Shown here piece by piece: positions 17,435-26,653 of a DNA stretch of 64,000 nt. The DNA lies in the NCBI GenBank assembly GCA_028707255.1, contig JAQTUQ010000007.1:209-64208 (forward strand), in the 5' to 3' direction. The notes under the pieces are model-generated. The model saw only the letters and a list, made by a program, of their open reading frames with translations, ran no database searches and was not told the DNA's origin. The position numbers and the translations under genes were made by a program. How positions within the stretch are numbered: position 1 is the stretch's first letter; every line of letters begins with the position of its first letter. The stretch comes from Dehalococcoidales bacterium (GTDB taxonomy: Bacteria > Chloroflexota > Dehalococcoidia > Dehalococcoidales > UBA5627).

Positions 17435-17468
17435 GCAGCAGGTAGGCATTTACCTGCCGCTTCTTTTT
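17435..17468 (+). terminator. rho-independent terminator
   Basis: GCAGCAGGTA-ggcatt-TACCTGCCGC (9 of 10 bp paired) followed by TTCTTTTT. Confidence 0.6.
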
Positions 17469-17572
17469 GCGCCGTACTTATCCGCACAACTTCCTGATAA
17501 TAGGATGGTACTTCTTTTTGTCAATGGAATAAGCCATTAGCAATTTTAGATTGTCTTTTAAAAGACGATGAT

Positions 17573-18013
17573 TTAATTTGCCTCTACCGTAAAAGGAAGG
17601 CTGCCCGATTCTTCCCCATTCAAATAAAGAACCAGCTTATATTCGCCAATCGGCCAACCGCTCGCCGGACGGTTCATATAAAAATACAGGTAAGTGGTGC
17701 CTTCGGCTGTTATTCCATAGCTGGCTATTTCATAATTTGTTAATTCGAGTTCTCCCTGCACATATATCCAGACGGAGGTTATGTCGGAAGCTGCCGGAGC
17801 GTTGGAAACTTTAAGAGAGCAGTAGATTGCCGGAGTATCAACATAGAATTTATTCGTGGCGTCAACCGGTTTGGCATTGCCGTCCACCCACAAAGCCAAA
17901 GTAGCTTCGCTGATTTTGGGAGTGGTTGAAGACATTGAACATTCCGCTCCGAGTGAAAGCAAAGTCGACAGCGCAATCAGGATTGCAAGCATTATCAGAA
18001 ACAGACGTTTCAT
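17573..18013 (-). CDS. secreted hypothetical protein
   Basis: 146 aa with an N-terminal signal peptide. Confidence 0.6.
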   Translation of the reverse strand: MKRLFLIMLAILIALSTLLSLGAECSMSSTTPKISEATLALWVDGNAKPVDATNKFYVDTPAIYCSLKVSNAPAASDITSVWIYVQGELELTNYEIASYGITAEGTTYLYFYMNRPASGWPIGEYKLVLYLNGEESGSLPFTVEAN

Positions 18014-18198
18014 TGTGAATAACCCCTTTCGCTTATTTTTCTATAGTGCCAGATTGTTTCCAGTATTAACCCCTTATCGATTATTTGTCAATATTATTCT
18101 TATAACAGAGGTGATTGTTATCAATCATAGCAGTAATTAATGCTAATCCGAATTCACTGCGAACTTTCAGAAGTTACACGATTCCGGTCAATGCCGTT

Positions 18199-18753
18199 TT
18201 ATTTTCTGAGCCTGAGCTGATATCCCCTGTTTAAAACTATTGCGTCAAGCAGGGAATGCATCAATTTGGCTTTTTCCTTAATGGTCAGTGATTGTGACTT
18301 GATATCCGCTTCTGCCAGCGCACCCTCCAATTCTTTTATATCCAACACGGTTGCGGCGATGCAGTAATAGCTCTTGGAGCGGCCTTCGTTGAAATCTTTC
18401 AGCAATCTGAGCAGAAGATTCTCCCTGATTTTCTGTTGTTCGTTATATGCCTGAACGCCATAATTCCTGATATATGCAATGTCGTTTTCGAGCTTCTGAT
18501 AACACTTGAACGAATCGTACTCTTTACCGGCTTTGCGGTGTTTTCTCCATTTCTCGCAGGACTCATTTTCGCCGCAATCCCAGCAGAACTCGACGCCCTT
18601 TTTCTTTATGGCACAGGTAATAAACGGACATCCGAGAGCCATCCTGTCCTTACTTTTGCATCCGTTGCATTTACTGGCGGCATCGGTTTGATACATTGGA
18701 CAAAGCCTGCAAGAAAGCCCGCATATGCCAATTTCCGGGTAACTTATATCCAT
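18199..18753 (-). CDS. DUF3795-like Cys-rich protein
   Basis: 184 aa. ICGLSCRLCPMY...CNGCKS...CPFITCAIKKKGVEFCWDC. Confidence 0.65.
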   Translation of the reverse strand: MDISYPEIGICGLSCRLCPMYQTDAASKCNGCKSKDRMALGCPFITCAIKKKGVEFCWDCGENESCEKWRKHRKAGKEYDSFKCYQKLENDIAYIRNYGVQAYNEQQKIRENLLLRLLKDFNEGRSKSYYCIAATVLDIKELEGALAEADIKSQSLTIKEKAKLMHSLLDAIVLNRGYQLRLRK

Positions 18754-18967
18754 AGAAATATATTATACAACAACAATGCAATAAAGCTGCCTGTATTAGT
18801 TTGAGAAGGTATTTTTACCTCTAAAACGTTACTACAAAACATCTTACTCTTTCCTTTTTTCAATACTATAAGGATAAAACCACGATACTATCCCAACAAT
18901 CCGTATTGACAACGCATCCCGCACGGAGTAGATTTATTAGAAATTCGCTTTTAAAGGAGCTTATGGT

Positions 18968-19195
18968 ATGGAGACAACTGAGATATCACCGAAATCGAGA
19001 TTGGCCGTTGCTTTGTTCGCCTGGTTTTTAGGGTTTTTCGGAGTTCACCGCTTTTACCTTGGGAAGATAGGAACAGGGCTGCTGATGCTTTTCACCGCCG
19101 GGGGTTTGGGCATCTGGGCACTGATCGATTTTATCATGGCGGTTGCCGGCGTTATGAAGGACAAAGACGGCAAGTTAATCAAGAATTGGGAATAA
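18968..19195 (+). CDS. TM2 domain protein
   Basis: 75 aa. LFAWFLGFFGVHRFYLGKIGTGLLML. Confidence 0.8.
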   Translation: METTEISPKSRLAVALFAWFLGFFGVHRFYLGKIGTGLLMLFTAGGLGIWALIDFIMAVAGVMKDKDGKLIKNWE

Positions 19196-19230
19196 TAATC
19201 AGCTTTGTCGTAATACAGAAACAAATGATA

Positions 19231-19262
19231 AAGCCGCCATGCTATAGACCCGCTGGCGGCTT
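19231..19262 (+). terminator. hairpin terminator candidate
   Basis: AAGCCGCCA-14 nt-TGGCGGCTT. The trailing U-tract is weak. Confidence 0.45.
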
Positions 19263-19324
19263 CTGATTATTTAAAAGCAAGCAGGATTGATTAAACCAAA
19301 CCACTTCTTTTTCAACAATACGGA

Positions 19325-19558
19325 TTATCTTTTCAAAAACAGGAAAACCGCTATTACAGCGACTATTACCGCTATCAAGATATCGAGGACGCCGAATAAA
19401 ATCTCATCCATCTGAAAACTGTTGATGCCGAAGAGAACACAGGCAGCACAATAAGTTACCGGAAGAAAAATATTGATTCTGTGTGTTTTTCTGATTAAAG
19501 TTTCGTATCCCTGGAACAACCAGCCTGCCAATGATAAAATAAGACCCGCAATATACAT
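19325..19558 (-). CDS. small membrane protein
   Basis: 77 aa, 3 TM segments. Confidence 0.5.
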   Translation of the reverse strand: MYIAGLILSLAGWLFQGYETLIRKTHRINIFLPVTYCAACVLFGINSFQMDEILFGVLDILIAVIVAVIAVFLFLKR

Positions 19559-19729
19559 CTATTTCCCTCCCTCCGCAGCGTAACTTTTGGCTGATTATAC
19601 CACTTGTTCGATTGATTTTCATCAGTATTGAGATAAAAATTACCTCTTGTGTATAAAAATTAATGACATAATATTACTGTACTGTTATAATAGGCACAAT
19701 TATTTACTATTCAGAAAGGACATCATATT

Positions 19730-20446
19730 ATGGCACAATTTCTCGACACAACTGGCGTCTCTTTTTATTTAAGTCAGCTCATTAATAATTCTAATGAAAA
19801 GTTGATATTAATAAGTCCCTATTTAAAAATTGGAGACCGTCTTAAACAATCCATTGAAGATAAAGACCGTATGAAGATAGATATTAGATTAATATATGGG
19901 AAAAACGAACTTGAGTTGGCAGAACACAACTGGCTTAAGACATTGAAAACTATCAGAACAAGCTTTTGCCAGAATTTACATGCAAAATGCTATCTAAATG
20001 AAAAAGAAGCGATAATAACTTCAATGAATTTATATGACTATTCACAAACCAATAATAATGAAATGGGTATCTACATTAACAAAGAAAATGATTCAGATTT
20101 ATATGATAATATTTATAAAGAGGCTATGAGATTAGTACGTATAAGTGACGAATATAAAGTATCTGTAACACAGGTGCCAAAAATTGAAAGGAACGAAAAA
20201 ATCGCTAAAGCTCACTCAACAGGTTCTGGTTTTTGTATAAGATGTAACGACAATATCGAACTTAAGCCTAAAAGTCCATATTGCTCAAAATGCTTTAGTT
20301 CTTGGAAAAAATTTGGGAATAATGATTATGAAGAGAAATATTGCCATATTTGTGGGGAGTCAAATAAATCTACAATTATGAAACCAACTTGTTATAACTG
20401 TTATAAAAGCAATAAAGATAAATTGGATTTCCCGCTACAAAAGTAG
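19730..20446 (+). CDS. PLD-family (HKD) nuclease-like protein with two C-terminal zinc ribbons
   Basis: 238 aa in an AT-rich gene. LHAKCYLNEKEAIITSMNL is an HxK...SxN motif. Followed by CIRCN..CSKC and CHICG..CYNC. Confidence 0.75.
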   Translation: MAQFLDTTGVSFYLSQLINNSNEKLILISPYLKIGDRLKQSIEDKDRMKIDIRLIYGKNELELAEHNWLKTLKTIRTSFCQNLHAKCYLNEKEAIITSMNLYDYSQTNNNEMGIYINKENDSDLYDNIYKEAMRLVRISDEYKVSVTQVPKIERNEKIAKAHSTGSGFCIRCNDNIELKPKSPYCSKCFSSWKKFGNNDYEEKYCHICGESNKSTIMKPTCYNCYKSNKDKLDFPLQK

Positions 20447-20498
20447 TTTATCCCTGCTATTATAATTGAAACATCCGCTCGGGGATTAAGGAGTTGCC

Positions 20499-20741
20499 AT
20501 GAAAAACATCGAAAAAGAGCTTGAATCCAGATTCGTTTGCGCTAAATGCCGTTCCACCGGCGCCGAGGTAAAAAGCCTCGCCATGTCGGGAACCGGGTTA
20601 TCAAAGCTGCTGGATATACAACATAACCGCTATGTATTTGCTTCATGCAACAATTGCGGGTTTACGGAGGTCTACAACCTGGATATCCTGGCAGGCAAAA
20701 GAGATGACGCCTTGAATATACTGGACATTATTTTCGGTTAA
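20499..20741 (+). CDS. zinc-ribbon domain protein
   Basis: 80 aa. CAKC...CNNC pairs. RBS AAGGAG. Confidence 0.7.
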   Translation: MKNIEKELESRFVCAKCRSTGAEVKSLAMSGTGLSKLLDIQHNRYVFASCNNCGFTEVYNLDILAGKRDDALNILDIIFG

Positions 20742-20787
20742 TCCAGCCGGATTTAAATTAATTAATTTTTAAGAAGAAAATTAACGA

Positions 20788-21465
20788 ATGAGCAATCGTT
20801 TGCCGGCTACGGTTCAGGCTTTCTTCGAAAGGCAAAACCTGTCGAAACCCTCGGTTTGGGCTTTGATTATTGCCAACCTCTATCCGGTTATCGGGGTGAT
20901 TTTTTTTAACTGGCAAACATATCCGCTGCTGCTTTTCTTCTGGACCGAAAACCTGGTCATCGGTTTTTATACCGTCTTAAAGATGCTCACGGCATCCTCC
21001 GATAATGCAAAACCGGCAGTAAAATTAGCCGCGATTCCCTTTTTCTGCCTGCATTACGGCATCTTCACACTGGTACACGGTATCTTCGTGGTTGCCATAT
21101 TCGGTACGGGATTGGCAGATAACAGCGGCTTTACCGGCTCGATAAACCAGCAGGTTATTAATAACGGCTTGATATGGGGCACGCTGATTTTGATGGGCAG
21201 TCACGGTTTATCGTTTTTCCAGAATTACATCGGTAAAAACGAATATCGACAGGCCGAAATTACTGCTTTGATGGCTCAGCCGTACGGGCGGGTTGTTATT
21301 TTACACGTGACTATAATAATCGGCGGCTTCCTGGCGATGCTGCTGGGCGCCCCCGTAGCCGCTTTGCTGTTCCTGATCGTGTTAAAGGTCGCCATTGACG
21401 TAATAACACATCTTAGAGAACATAATAAATATCGAATACAGCAGACGGATATTGCTCAGGATTAA
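20788..21465 (+). CDS. DUF6498-like membrane protein
   Basis: 225 aa. ANLYPVIGVIFFNW...LLFFWTENLVIGFYTVLKML resembles DUF6498 from memory. Confidence 0.6.
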   Translation: MSNRLPATVQAFFERQNLSKPSVWALIIANLYPVIGVIFFNWQTYPLLLFFWTENLVIGFYTVLKMLTASSDNAKPAVKLAAIPFFCLHYGIFTLVHGIFVVAIFGTGLADNSGFTGSINQQVINNGLIWGTLILMGSHGLSFFQNYIGKNEYRQAEITALMAQPYGRVVILHVTIIIGGFLAMLLGAPVAALLFLIVLKVAIDVITHLREHNKYRIQQTDIAQD

Positions 21466-21553
21466 ATCAAACAAACATCAGACACAATGCTGCATACATG
21501 GATATTGAAGGCAGTGATATAATAAAAAATTATAATTTATTGCGGAGGATAAA

Positions 21554-21730
21554 ATGAATGCAGCTCGAATAATCGCCCCGTTCGCCCTCAGCGCAGTCCT
21601 CTTTGTCCTTGCCTATCTTTCCAGTATAGACAATAACAGCGGATTTTTCCCAATAATGCTTTTCGGTATCGGCATTTTACTGGCGATTGCAGGTATTGCG
21701 GCTATCTTTTCAAAAGGGAAAAGCGATTAA
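21554..21730 (+). CDS. small membrane protein (58 aa)
   Basis: Own translation MNAARIIAPFALSAVLFVLAYL...GILLAIAGIAAIFSKGKSD. RBS GGAGGA. Confidence 0.4.
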   Translation: MNAARIIAPFALSAVLFVLAYLSSIDNNSGFFPIMLFGIGILLAIAGIAAIFSKGKSD

Positions 21731-21764
21731 CAAACTAAATATGGATTAAACAGAGGAGAAATGG

Positions 21765-22559
21765 ATGTACGGAAGCGGCAGCCAATATGAAAAAATACCC
21801 AACCCTGTGAAGCATACTGCGATTATCTGGTGGATTATCTGCGGAATATGCCTGATACTGATCTTTTCTCCGGCGATTTTTGAACTGGCGGCTGTGGAAG
21901 CCGGCGACTGGATTTTTGCTCTGATGTTTTTTGCTATCGTCTTCGGTATTACCGCCTTTATAGTCGCCATTATGTATACCAAACGCGCCTCTCTGACCGG
22001 GCAGATGCTGCAAAGAAACAACCTGCTGGCTTACTGGACTTATACCACCGAACAATGGAACTCTTATGCCGTTAAAGAACACGAAGAAAACAAGCGCGAG
22101 AAGCGCAATATGTTTGTGTTGATTTCTGTTATTTCGATTGTAATCTGCGCTATTCTTGCCCTGATCATTCAGGACGGCTGGTATATCTTCCTGTTTGTGG
22201 CGCTGGGAATTATCGTACTTATGGCGTTTACCGCCTGGCTGTCGGTATGGACCAGATACCGCCAGAATCAGAAATACCCGGGTGACACCTATATTTGCGC
22301 CGACGGCATCTACTTCAACCGCGAACTGCATGTCTGGCGCGGATTCGGAGCAATCCTCGAAGATGTCGCATACCAGCAAGACGCGGTACAACCGCAGGTG
22401 CTGATTACCTATTCCGTGCTGAACCGCTACAACCGGCAGTACGTCACCATCAGGGTGCCGGTGCCGCGTGGAAGAGAAAACGAGGCCCTGAACCTGGTGC
22501 AGGTATTGCGGGGACAGTCATCTCAGGGACAGATTCAACAGCCACCATACGGATTTTAA
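21765..22559 (+). CDS. hypothetical membrane protein
   Basis: 264 aa, 4 TM segments, co-directional with its neighbours. Preferred over the antisense ORF 21735..22391. Confidence 0.6.
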   Translation: MYGSGSQYEKIPNPVKHTAIIWWIICGICLILIFSPAIFELAAVEAGDWIFALMFFAIVFGITAFIVAIMYTKRASLTGQMLQRNNLLAYWTYTTEQWNSYAVKEHEENKREKRNMFVLISVISIVICAILALIIQDGWYIFLFVALGIIVLMAFTAWLSVWTRYRQNQKYPGDTYICADGIYFNRELHVWRGFGAILEDVAYQQDAVQPQVLITYSVLNRYNRQYVTIRVPVPRGRENEALNLVQVLRGQSSQGQIQQPPYGF

Positions 22560-22567
22560 ATGCACGT

Positions 22568-22597
22568 GATGACTGCCGGATAAAACCGGTAGTCATC
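22568..22597. terminator. bidirectional hairpin between convergent genes
   Basis: GATGACTGCCGG-ataaaa-CCGGTAGTCATC, 11 of 12 bp paired. Confidence 0.5.
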
Positions 22598-22788
22598 TAT
22601 CCCGTTTCCCTGATTTTTTTATCGATCGTCTCTTCGATACAAAAACGCACTGCTTCTCCGATATCTTCCATGGCTTCTTTTTCCGTTCGCCCTGCTCCGA
22701 TAACAACCGGCGGCTGCCAGATTACATAGTAATAACGGCTATCCGCATCATATTCGGTTATTATTTCATTACAGGGAGAAACATTCAT
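22597..22788 (-). CDS. HicB-like (UPF0150) small protein
   Basis: 63 aa. ...YYYVIWQPPVVIGAGRTEKEAMEDIGEAVRFCIEE. Confidence 0.55.
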   Translation of the reverse strand: MNVSPCNEIITEYDADSRYYYVIWQPPVVIGAGRTEKEAMEDIGEAVRFCIEETIDKKIRETG

Positions 22789-22800
22789 TACGTTATCCTT

Positions 22801-22998
22801 TTAAAATTTCTTTCTACCCGCCACTGCTGCCAGCGGAGCTACGCCAATCCACAGCGTGAAGGTTATCAGCATCGATGTTACATAGTTTATGTCTGCCGCG
22901 ATATCCATCCTCGATGCAATCACATCCCATAAAAGCATGACGAACAATGAACTTAAAAAGAAACCCGGTATCGCCGATAAAATCCTGAAGTAACCCAT
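22801..22998 (-). CDS. small membrane protein
   Basis: 65 aa, 2 TM segments, RBS AAGGAG. Lies between the PadR and HicB-like genes. Confidence 0.55.
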   Translation of the reverse strand: MGYFRILSAIPGFFLSSLFVMLLWDVIASRMDIAADINYVTSMLITFTLWIGVAPLAAVAGRKKF

Positions 22999-23016
22999 TA
23001 ATTTCTCCTTTATGAT

Positions 23017-23529
23017 TTATTCCTGTATTACGGAATCGATCTCTTCACATGTTACGGCCAGAATCTGCCTTATCCGTTCCATCTTATCTTCGTCCAAACG
23101 GTCAATACTCTGACCGATGGATTTCTCCAGGTCGCGGATTTCTTTCATTATCATAGCCATCTTACCGGCATTTTTAAAGTTCCACCTGTGTTTCATGCGA
23201 GTTCTTACGCCGTCGGCAATATTACTTCTATCGCACAGGAATTTCAATCCTTCTTCCGTGATGTTGTATATCTTTTTGCCTTCCTGTTCGGATGACTTTG
23301 CATATCCCATTTCTTCCAGCATCTGCAGCGTCGGATAAATAACACCCGGACTGGGTTTATAAAAACCGTGCGATTGTTCTTCGAGTTCGCGGATAATATC
23401 GTAACCATGCCTGGGTTTGTCTTTTATCAGGTCCAGTATTACATACTTGAGATTGCCTTTCTGGAAAGAGCTTTCACGCCGTGAGCCGCGAAAAAAGCGG
23501 TCTTCGTTATAACGATGTCCTCTATACAT
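23017..23529 (-). CDS. PadR family transcriptional regulator
   Basis: 170 aa. ILDLIKDKPRHGYDIIRELEEQSHGFYKPSPGVIYPTLQMLEEMGY. Confidence 0.9.
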   Translation of the reverse strand: MYRGHRYNEDRFFRGSRRESSFQKGNLKYVILDLIKDKPRHGYDIIRELEEQSHGFYKPSPGVIYPTLQMLEEMGYAKSSEQEGKKIYNITEEGLKFLCDRSNIADGVRTRMKHRWNFKNAGKMAMIMKEIRDLEKSIGQSIDRLDEDKMERIRQILAVTCEEIDSVIQE

Positions 23530-23560
23530 TTCAACCTCCTTTCTTATTTATCAGATATTA

Positions 23561-23594
23561 ATAATACTATCTAGATATATCTAGATAGTATTAT
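23561..23594. promoter_or_regulatory. 34-bp perfect palindrome, probable PadR operator
   Basis: ATAATACTATCTAGATAT|ATATCTAGATAGTATTAT, located 32 bp upstream of the PadR start codon. Confidence 0.6.
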
Positions 23595-23664
23595 ACACTA
23601 TTTCTTAACTTTGTCAATACTTTCCCGGAAATTAGTTTACGGGATAAAAACCGGACGAACTTTT

Positions 23665-24309
23665 CTATCTTTCTGAATGATTATGCAGAGAGGGAGGCCT
23701 TATCATGGCTACGACTTTATCGGAGGTATAGGGGATATTGAATTCCTGTGAGATTTCGAAACCGAAATGCCTGTAGATGGCAATATTCTTCTTCCCGTCC
23801 GTTTCCACATAACAGGGCAGGCTTTCTTCGTCTATACGCTCGAGCATTTCATTCATCAAACGGCTGCCATAACCCTTTCCCTGATGTTCAGGCGCAACAG
23901 CCAGTATTTCGAGGTACCAGTGTTCCTGCGGCATCGATTCCGCATGCTTTTTTTGAATATATCTATCTTGCTCCAGTATTATCTTAAGGGGCTTGGCGCC
24001 AACCCTGCCCGCCTGCCATATGGCGCCGGATGTTAAAATGCGCCGAAACGACCTTTTTTTCCATTTGTCAGAATGCATCCAGAGCGCCAGCCCTTCCATT
24101 CGCGGAGAAGTTATATACACTTCACTCAAAGGAAACTCTAACCGCAAGTAGAATTCGTTAAGCAGCAGCTCTTTTACCGTTCTTTCGCGGTGGTCGTGAA
24201 AAATATCTTTATACTCGTCCTTAAATGCACCTGCGAGCATTTCGGATGCCTGTTTAATCTGTTTCTTTTCCAGTTTCATCATAGCTAATTTCCCAAAAAC
24301 AAATGACAA
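23665..24309 (-). CDS. GNAT family N-acetyltransferase
   Basis: 214 aa. ...LAVAPEHQGKGYGSRLMNEM... The true start is probably the ATG at 24282. Confidence 0.8.
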   Translation of the reverse strand: MSFVFGKLAMMKLEKKQIKQASEMLAGAFKDEYKDIFHDHRERTVKELLLNEFYLRLEFPLSEVYITSPRMEGLALWMHSDKWKKRSFRRILTSGAIWQAGRVGAKPLKIILEQDRYIQKKHAESMPQEHWYLEILAVAPEHQGKGYGSRLMNEMLERIDEESLPCYVETDGKKNIAIYRHFGFEISQEFNIPYTSDKVVAMIRPPSLHNHSER

Positions 24310-24381
24310 ACAGACATTTAACGCCTAAGCCCGTGAAAGCGGATAAGCGTTATCCGGATTTTTTATAATGATTGCCGGATA

Positions 24382-24654
24382 TTATTCCAGTTGCAGTTCC
24401 ACCGAAGACAGGTTCTGGGTAACATCTACCAGCGATTGACCGAGCAGCTTGGCTACCGACATCGGCATGGAGAGTTCACCCTCCCAGAAACTCTGAGTTT
24501 TCTTTTTACCGCTTATCGAAATGGTAATATACTGCTCATCATCCTTTAAATCTTTATACTTGTATTGACCTCGGAATACCTTGATGCTTTTAACCCCATC
24601 GATCGAACCGCCGTATGAATGAATATTTGAAACGGTAATACCAAGCTGTGCCAT
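24382..24654 (-). CDS. hypothetical protein
   Basis: 90 aa. RBS GGGAGGA upstream. Confidence 0.55.
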   Translation of the reverse strand: MAQLGITVSNIHSYGGSIDGVKSIKVFRGQYKYKDLKDDEQYITISISGKKKTQSFWEGELSMPMSVAKLLGQSLVDVTQNLSSVELQLE

Positions 24655-24802
24655 AGATTCCTCCCTGTGTAATTACATGAGGATATTATACATCTTAAAA
24701 CAAGTCTGTTTAAATAGACAAAAAATACCTTCCCGCTATCTGTTAAAAAGGGAGCTGACGTACTATAATTTAGAAAGCAGTTAAACAAGAGGAGGATAAG
24801 CC

Positions 24803-25039
24803 ATGGAAGAATTTCTTTACGAAATCGAGGAGACCAAATACAATCCCAAGCAGAAAACTACCCTGGATTTTAAGGGAAATCTGGAAGAGACGAAGAAGAA
24901 AGCCGATGAACTGGCGCGAAAAAACGTTGGCACCAGGTATGCCGTTTTCCGCCTCGGCAGTTATGTGGCTGAATTTCAGGCTTATTACAGGACTACCGTA
25001 ACCTGCCCCAAATGCGGCGAGGTTATTCCGATAGAGTAG
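24803..25039 (+). CDS. hypothetical protein
   Basis: 78 aa. RBS GAGGAGGA. C-terminal CPKCG half-ribbon. Confidence 0.55.
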   Translation: MEEFLYEIEETKYNPKQKTTLDFKGNLEETKKKADELARKNVGTRYAVFRLGSYVAEFQAYYRTTVTCPKCGEVIPIE

Positions 25040-25148
25040 GATTTTATCTATCATTTAATAAGCAGCGTCAATCAAGTTTGCAAGAGCATAAGTATATCTT
25101 TTAAAAACATATAGAAGAATTCTTTCATTGCCGACAGGGAGGAGAGTT

Positions 25149-25721
25149 GTGTCCGTAATACCTGCATTTGAATTGGGTATCTGGAATGCCTGGCTGTTCA
25201 TGATAGTATTCCTTCTGCAATGGCTGATAGTAGCATTGTTCCCCGGACGCATCGCAAAGAGAACCTCTCACCCATCAGACGTTAAGCCGGACCGCAACGG
25301 TAAAATAACAGGCTTGATAACACAGGTTTTCTGGATGGGAGCCATTTTATATTCCGTTTTTCTGCCCTTTAAAACCGCTACGGCGTGGTTCTATGCCGGA
25401 TTGGGATTTTTCATTACAGGATTGATTATACTAATACTGGCAACGGTAAGCGTAAGCAGAACTGAGATGGACAAGCCGTTTACCGGAGGCATTTATCGCT
25501 TTTCAAGGCATCCGATGTACCTTTCGATGATTCTTATTTATATCGGAGTCAGCGTTGCTTGCACTTCATGGCTGTTTTTGGTTATTACCGTTGTTACATT
25601 TTTTCTGCAAAGATGGCAGATGATTCAGGAAGAGAAATACTGCCTCGCTAAATTCGGACAGGATTACCGGGAATATATGCATAGAACGGCGAGGTGGATA
25701 GGCATCCCTAAAAATTCATAA
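25149..25721 (+). CDS. isoprenylcysteine carboxyl / phospholipid methyltransferase family membrane protein
   Basis: GTG start after RBS GGGAGGAG. GGIYRFSRHPMYLSMILIYIG motif. Confidence 0.8.
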   Translation: MSVIPAFELGIWNAWLFMIVFLLQWLIVALFPGRIAKRTSHPSDVKPDRNGKITGLITQVFWMGAILYSVFLPFKTATAWFYAGLGFFITGLIILILATVSVSRTEMDKPFTGGIYRFSRHPMYLSMILIYIGVSVACTSWLFLVITVVTFFLQRWQMIQEEKYCLAKFGQDYREYMHRTARWIGIPKNS

Positions 25722-25759
25722 AATCCCTCTTTAGCAAAGTGCTTTTTCTTGCCTTTATT

Positions 25760-26045
25760 TAAAAATGTCTTTGCGAGGATGCCACAGGCGGACGAAGCAA
25801 TCTCTCCCGAATAGACCACACGGCAATATTAAAATAATCTGTAGAGATTGCTTAATCGTTCGTCCCTCCCTGATTTGTATGAGATTCTTCGCTGCGCTCA
25901 GAAAGACATTGTAGAGGGACTCCATGCAATGGCAGTGTGTAATTTGTCATTCTGGAGTCCATAAGGGATGGCCGAAGAATCCTGGAGGCGGGGAGAAGCA
26001 GCACAAAGGTATCTACAGCATAAACCTTCTCCGCCAGTCCTCTCA
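25760..26045. repeat. composite cluster of palindromic repeat modules
   Basis: 25766-25923 is the reverse complement of 3881-4038. Further partial modules extend to about 26040. Confidence 0.8.
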
Positions 26046-26100
26046 TCCGGTAAAAATGAGAAATGGGAGAAGGTCTTTTATGATTGGATTAGACCGTTAT

Positions 26101-26556
26101 TTAATTGTCTTTGCTTGCAGCCGGCGGTTTAATCAGGACGGGAACCGTCGAGTTCCTGATTACTTTTTCGGCCACGCTACCGAAAACCAGGCGTGAAATC
26201 CCCGACCTGCCGCGTGTGGACATGATAATTAGGTCTACATCATTCTTCTGGGAGTATCTGATGATTTCCTCGGCAGGATTACCCGACAGTATTTCGGTTT
26301 TGGCTTTTACTCCCTTTTCCTTCAGAGTTTCGACTACTTTATCGAGATAGCGTGCAGCTTCATCACGGTAAGCCTGGTCGAGTTCCACCGCAACTTTGGC
26401 ATCCAGCGTTCCGATAACATTCGGGTCCAGCGGCTCCCTTATTCTCATTAAAATAACCTCGAGGGCATGGCAATCCGTGGTAATATCGATAACATGTGTC
26501 AGCGCAGATTCCGACAACTCCGAACCGTCCAGCGGAACCAGTATCTTTTTAAACAT
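26101..26556 (-). CDS. universal stress protein (UspA family)
   Basis: 151 aa. MFKKILVPLDGS...STRGRSG...GSVAEKVIRNSTVPVLI. Confidence 0.85.
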   Translation of the reverse strand: MFKKILVPLDGSELSESALTHVIDITTDCHALEVILMRIREPLDPNVIGTLDAKVAVELDQAYRDEAARYLDKVVETLKEKGVKAKTEILSGNPAEEIIRYSQKNDVDLIIMSTRGRSGISRLVFGSVAEKVIRNSTVPVLIKPPAASKDN

Positions 26557-26653
26557 GGTTAACTCCTTACAGATTTCTATAATGGAATTTTACTCCAGAA
26601 TCGGTGAAGTATCAATGGGAATTGCACCTAAAATAATACTTTTCGGATAAAGC

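Noticed and set aside
21735-22391. 218-aa minus-strand ORF opposite the 264-aa membrane protein
   Set aside because: The plus-strand ORF is co-directional with the cluster, has clear TM helices and ends at a terminator hairpin. The minus-strand product is Arg/Gln-rich with no signals.
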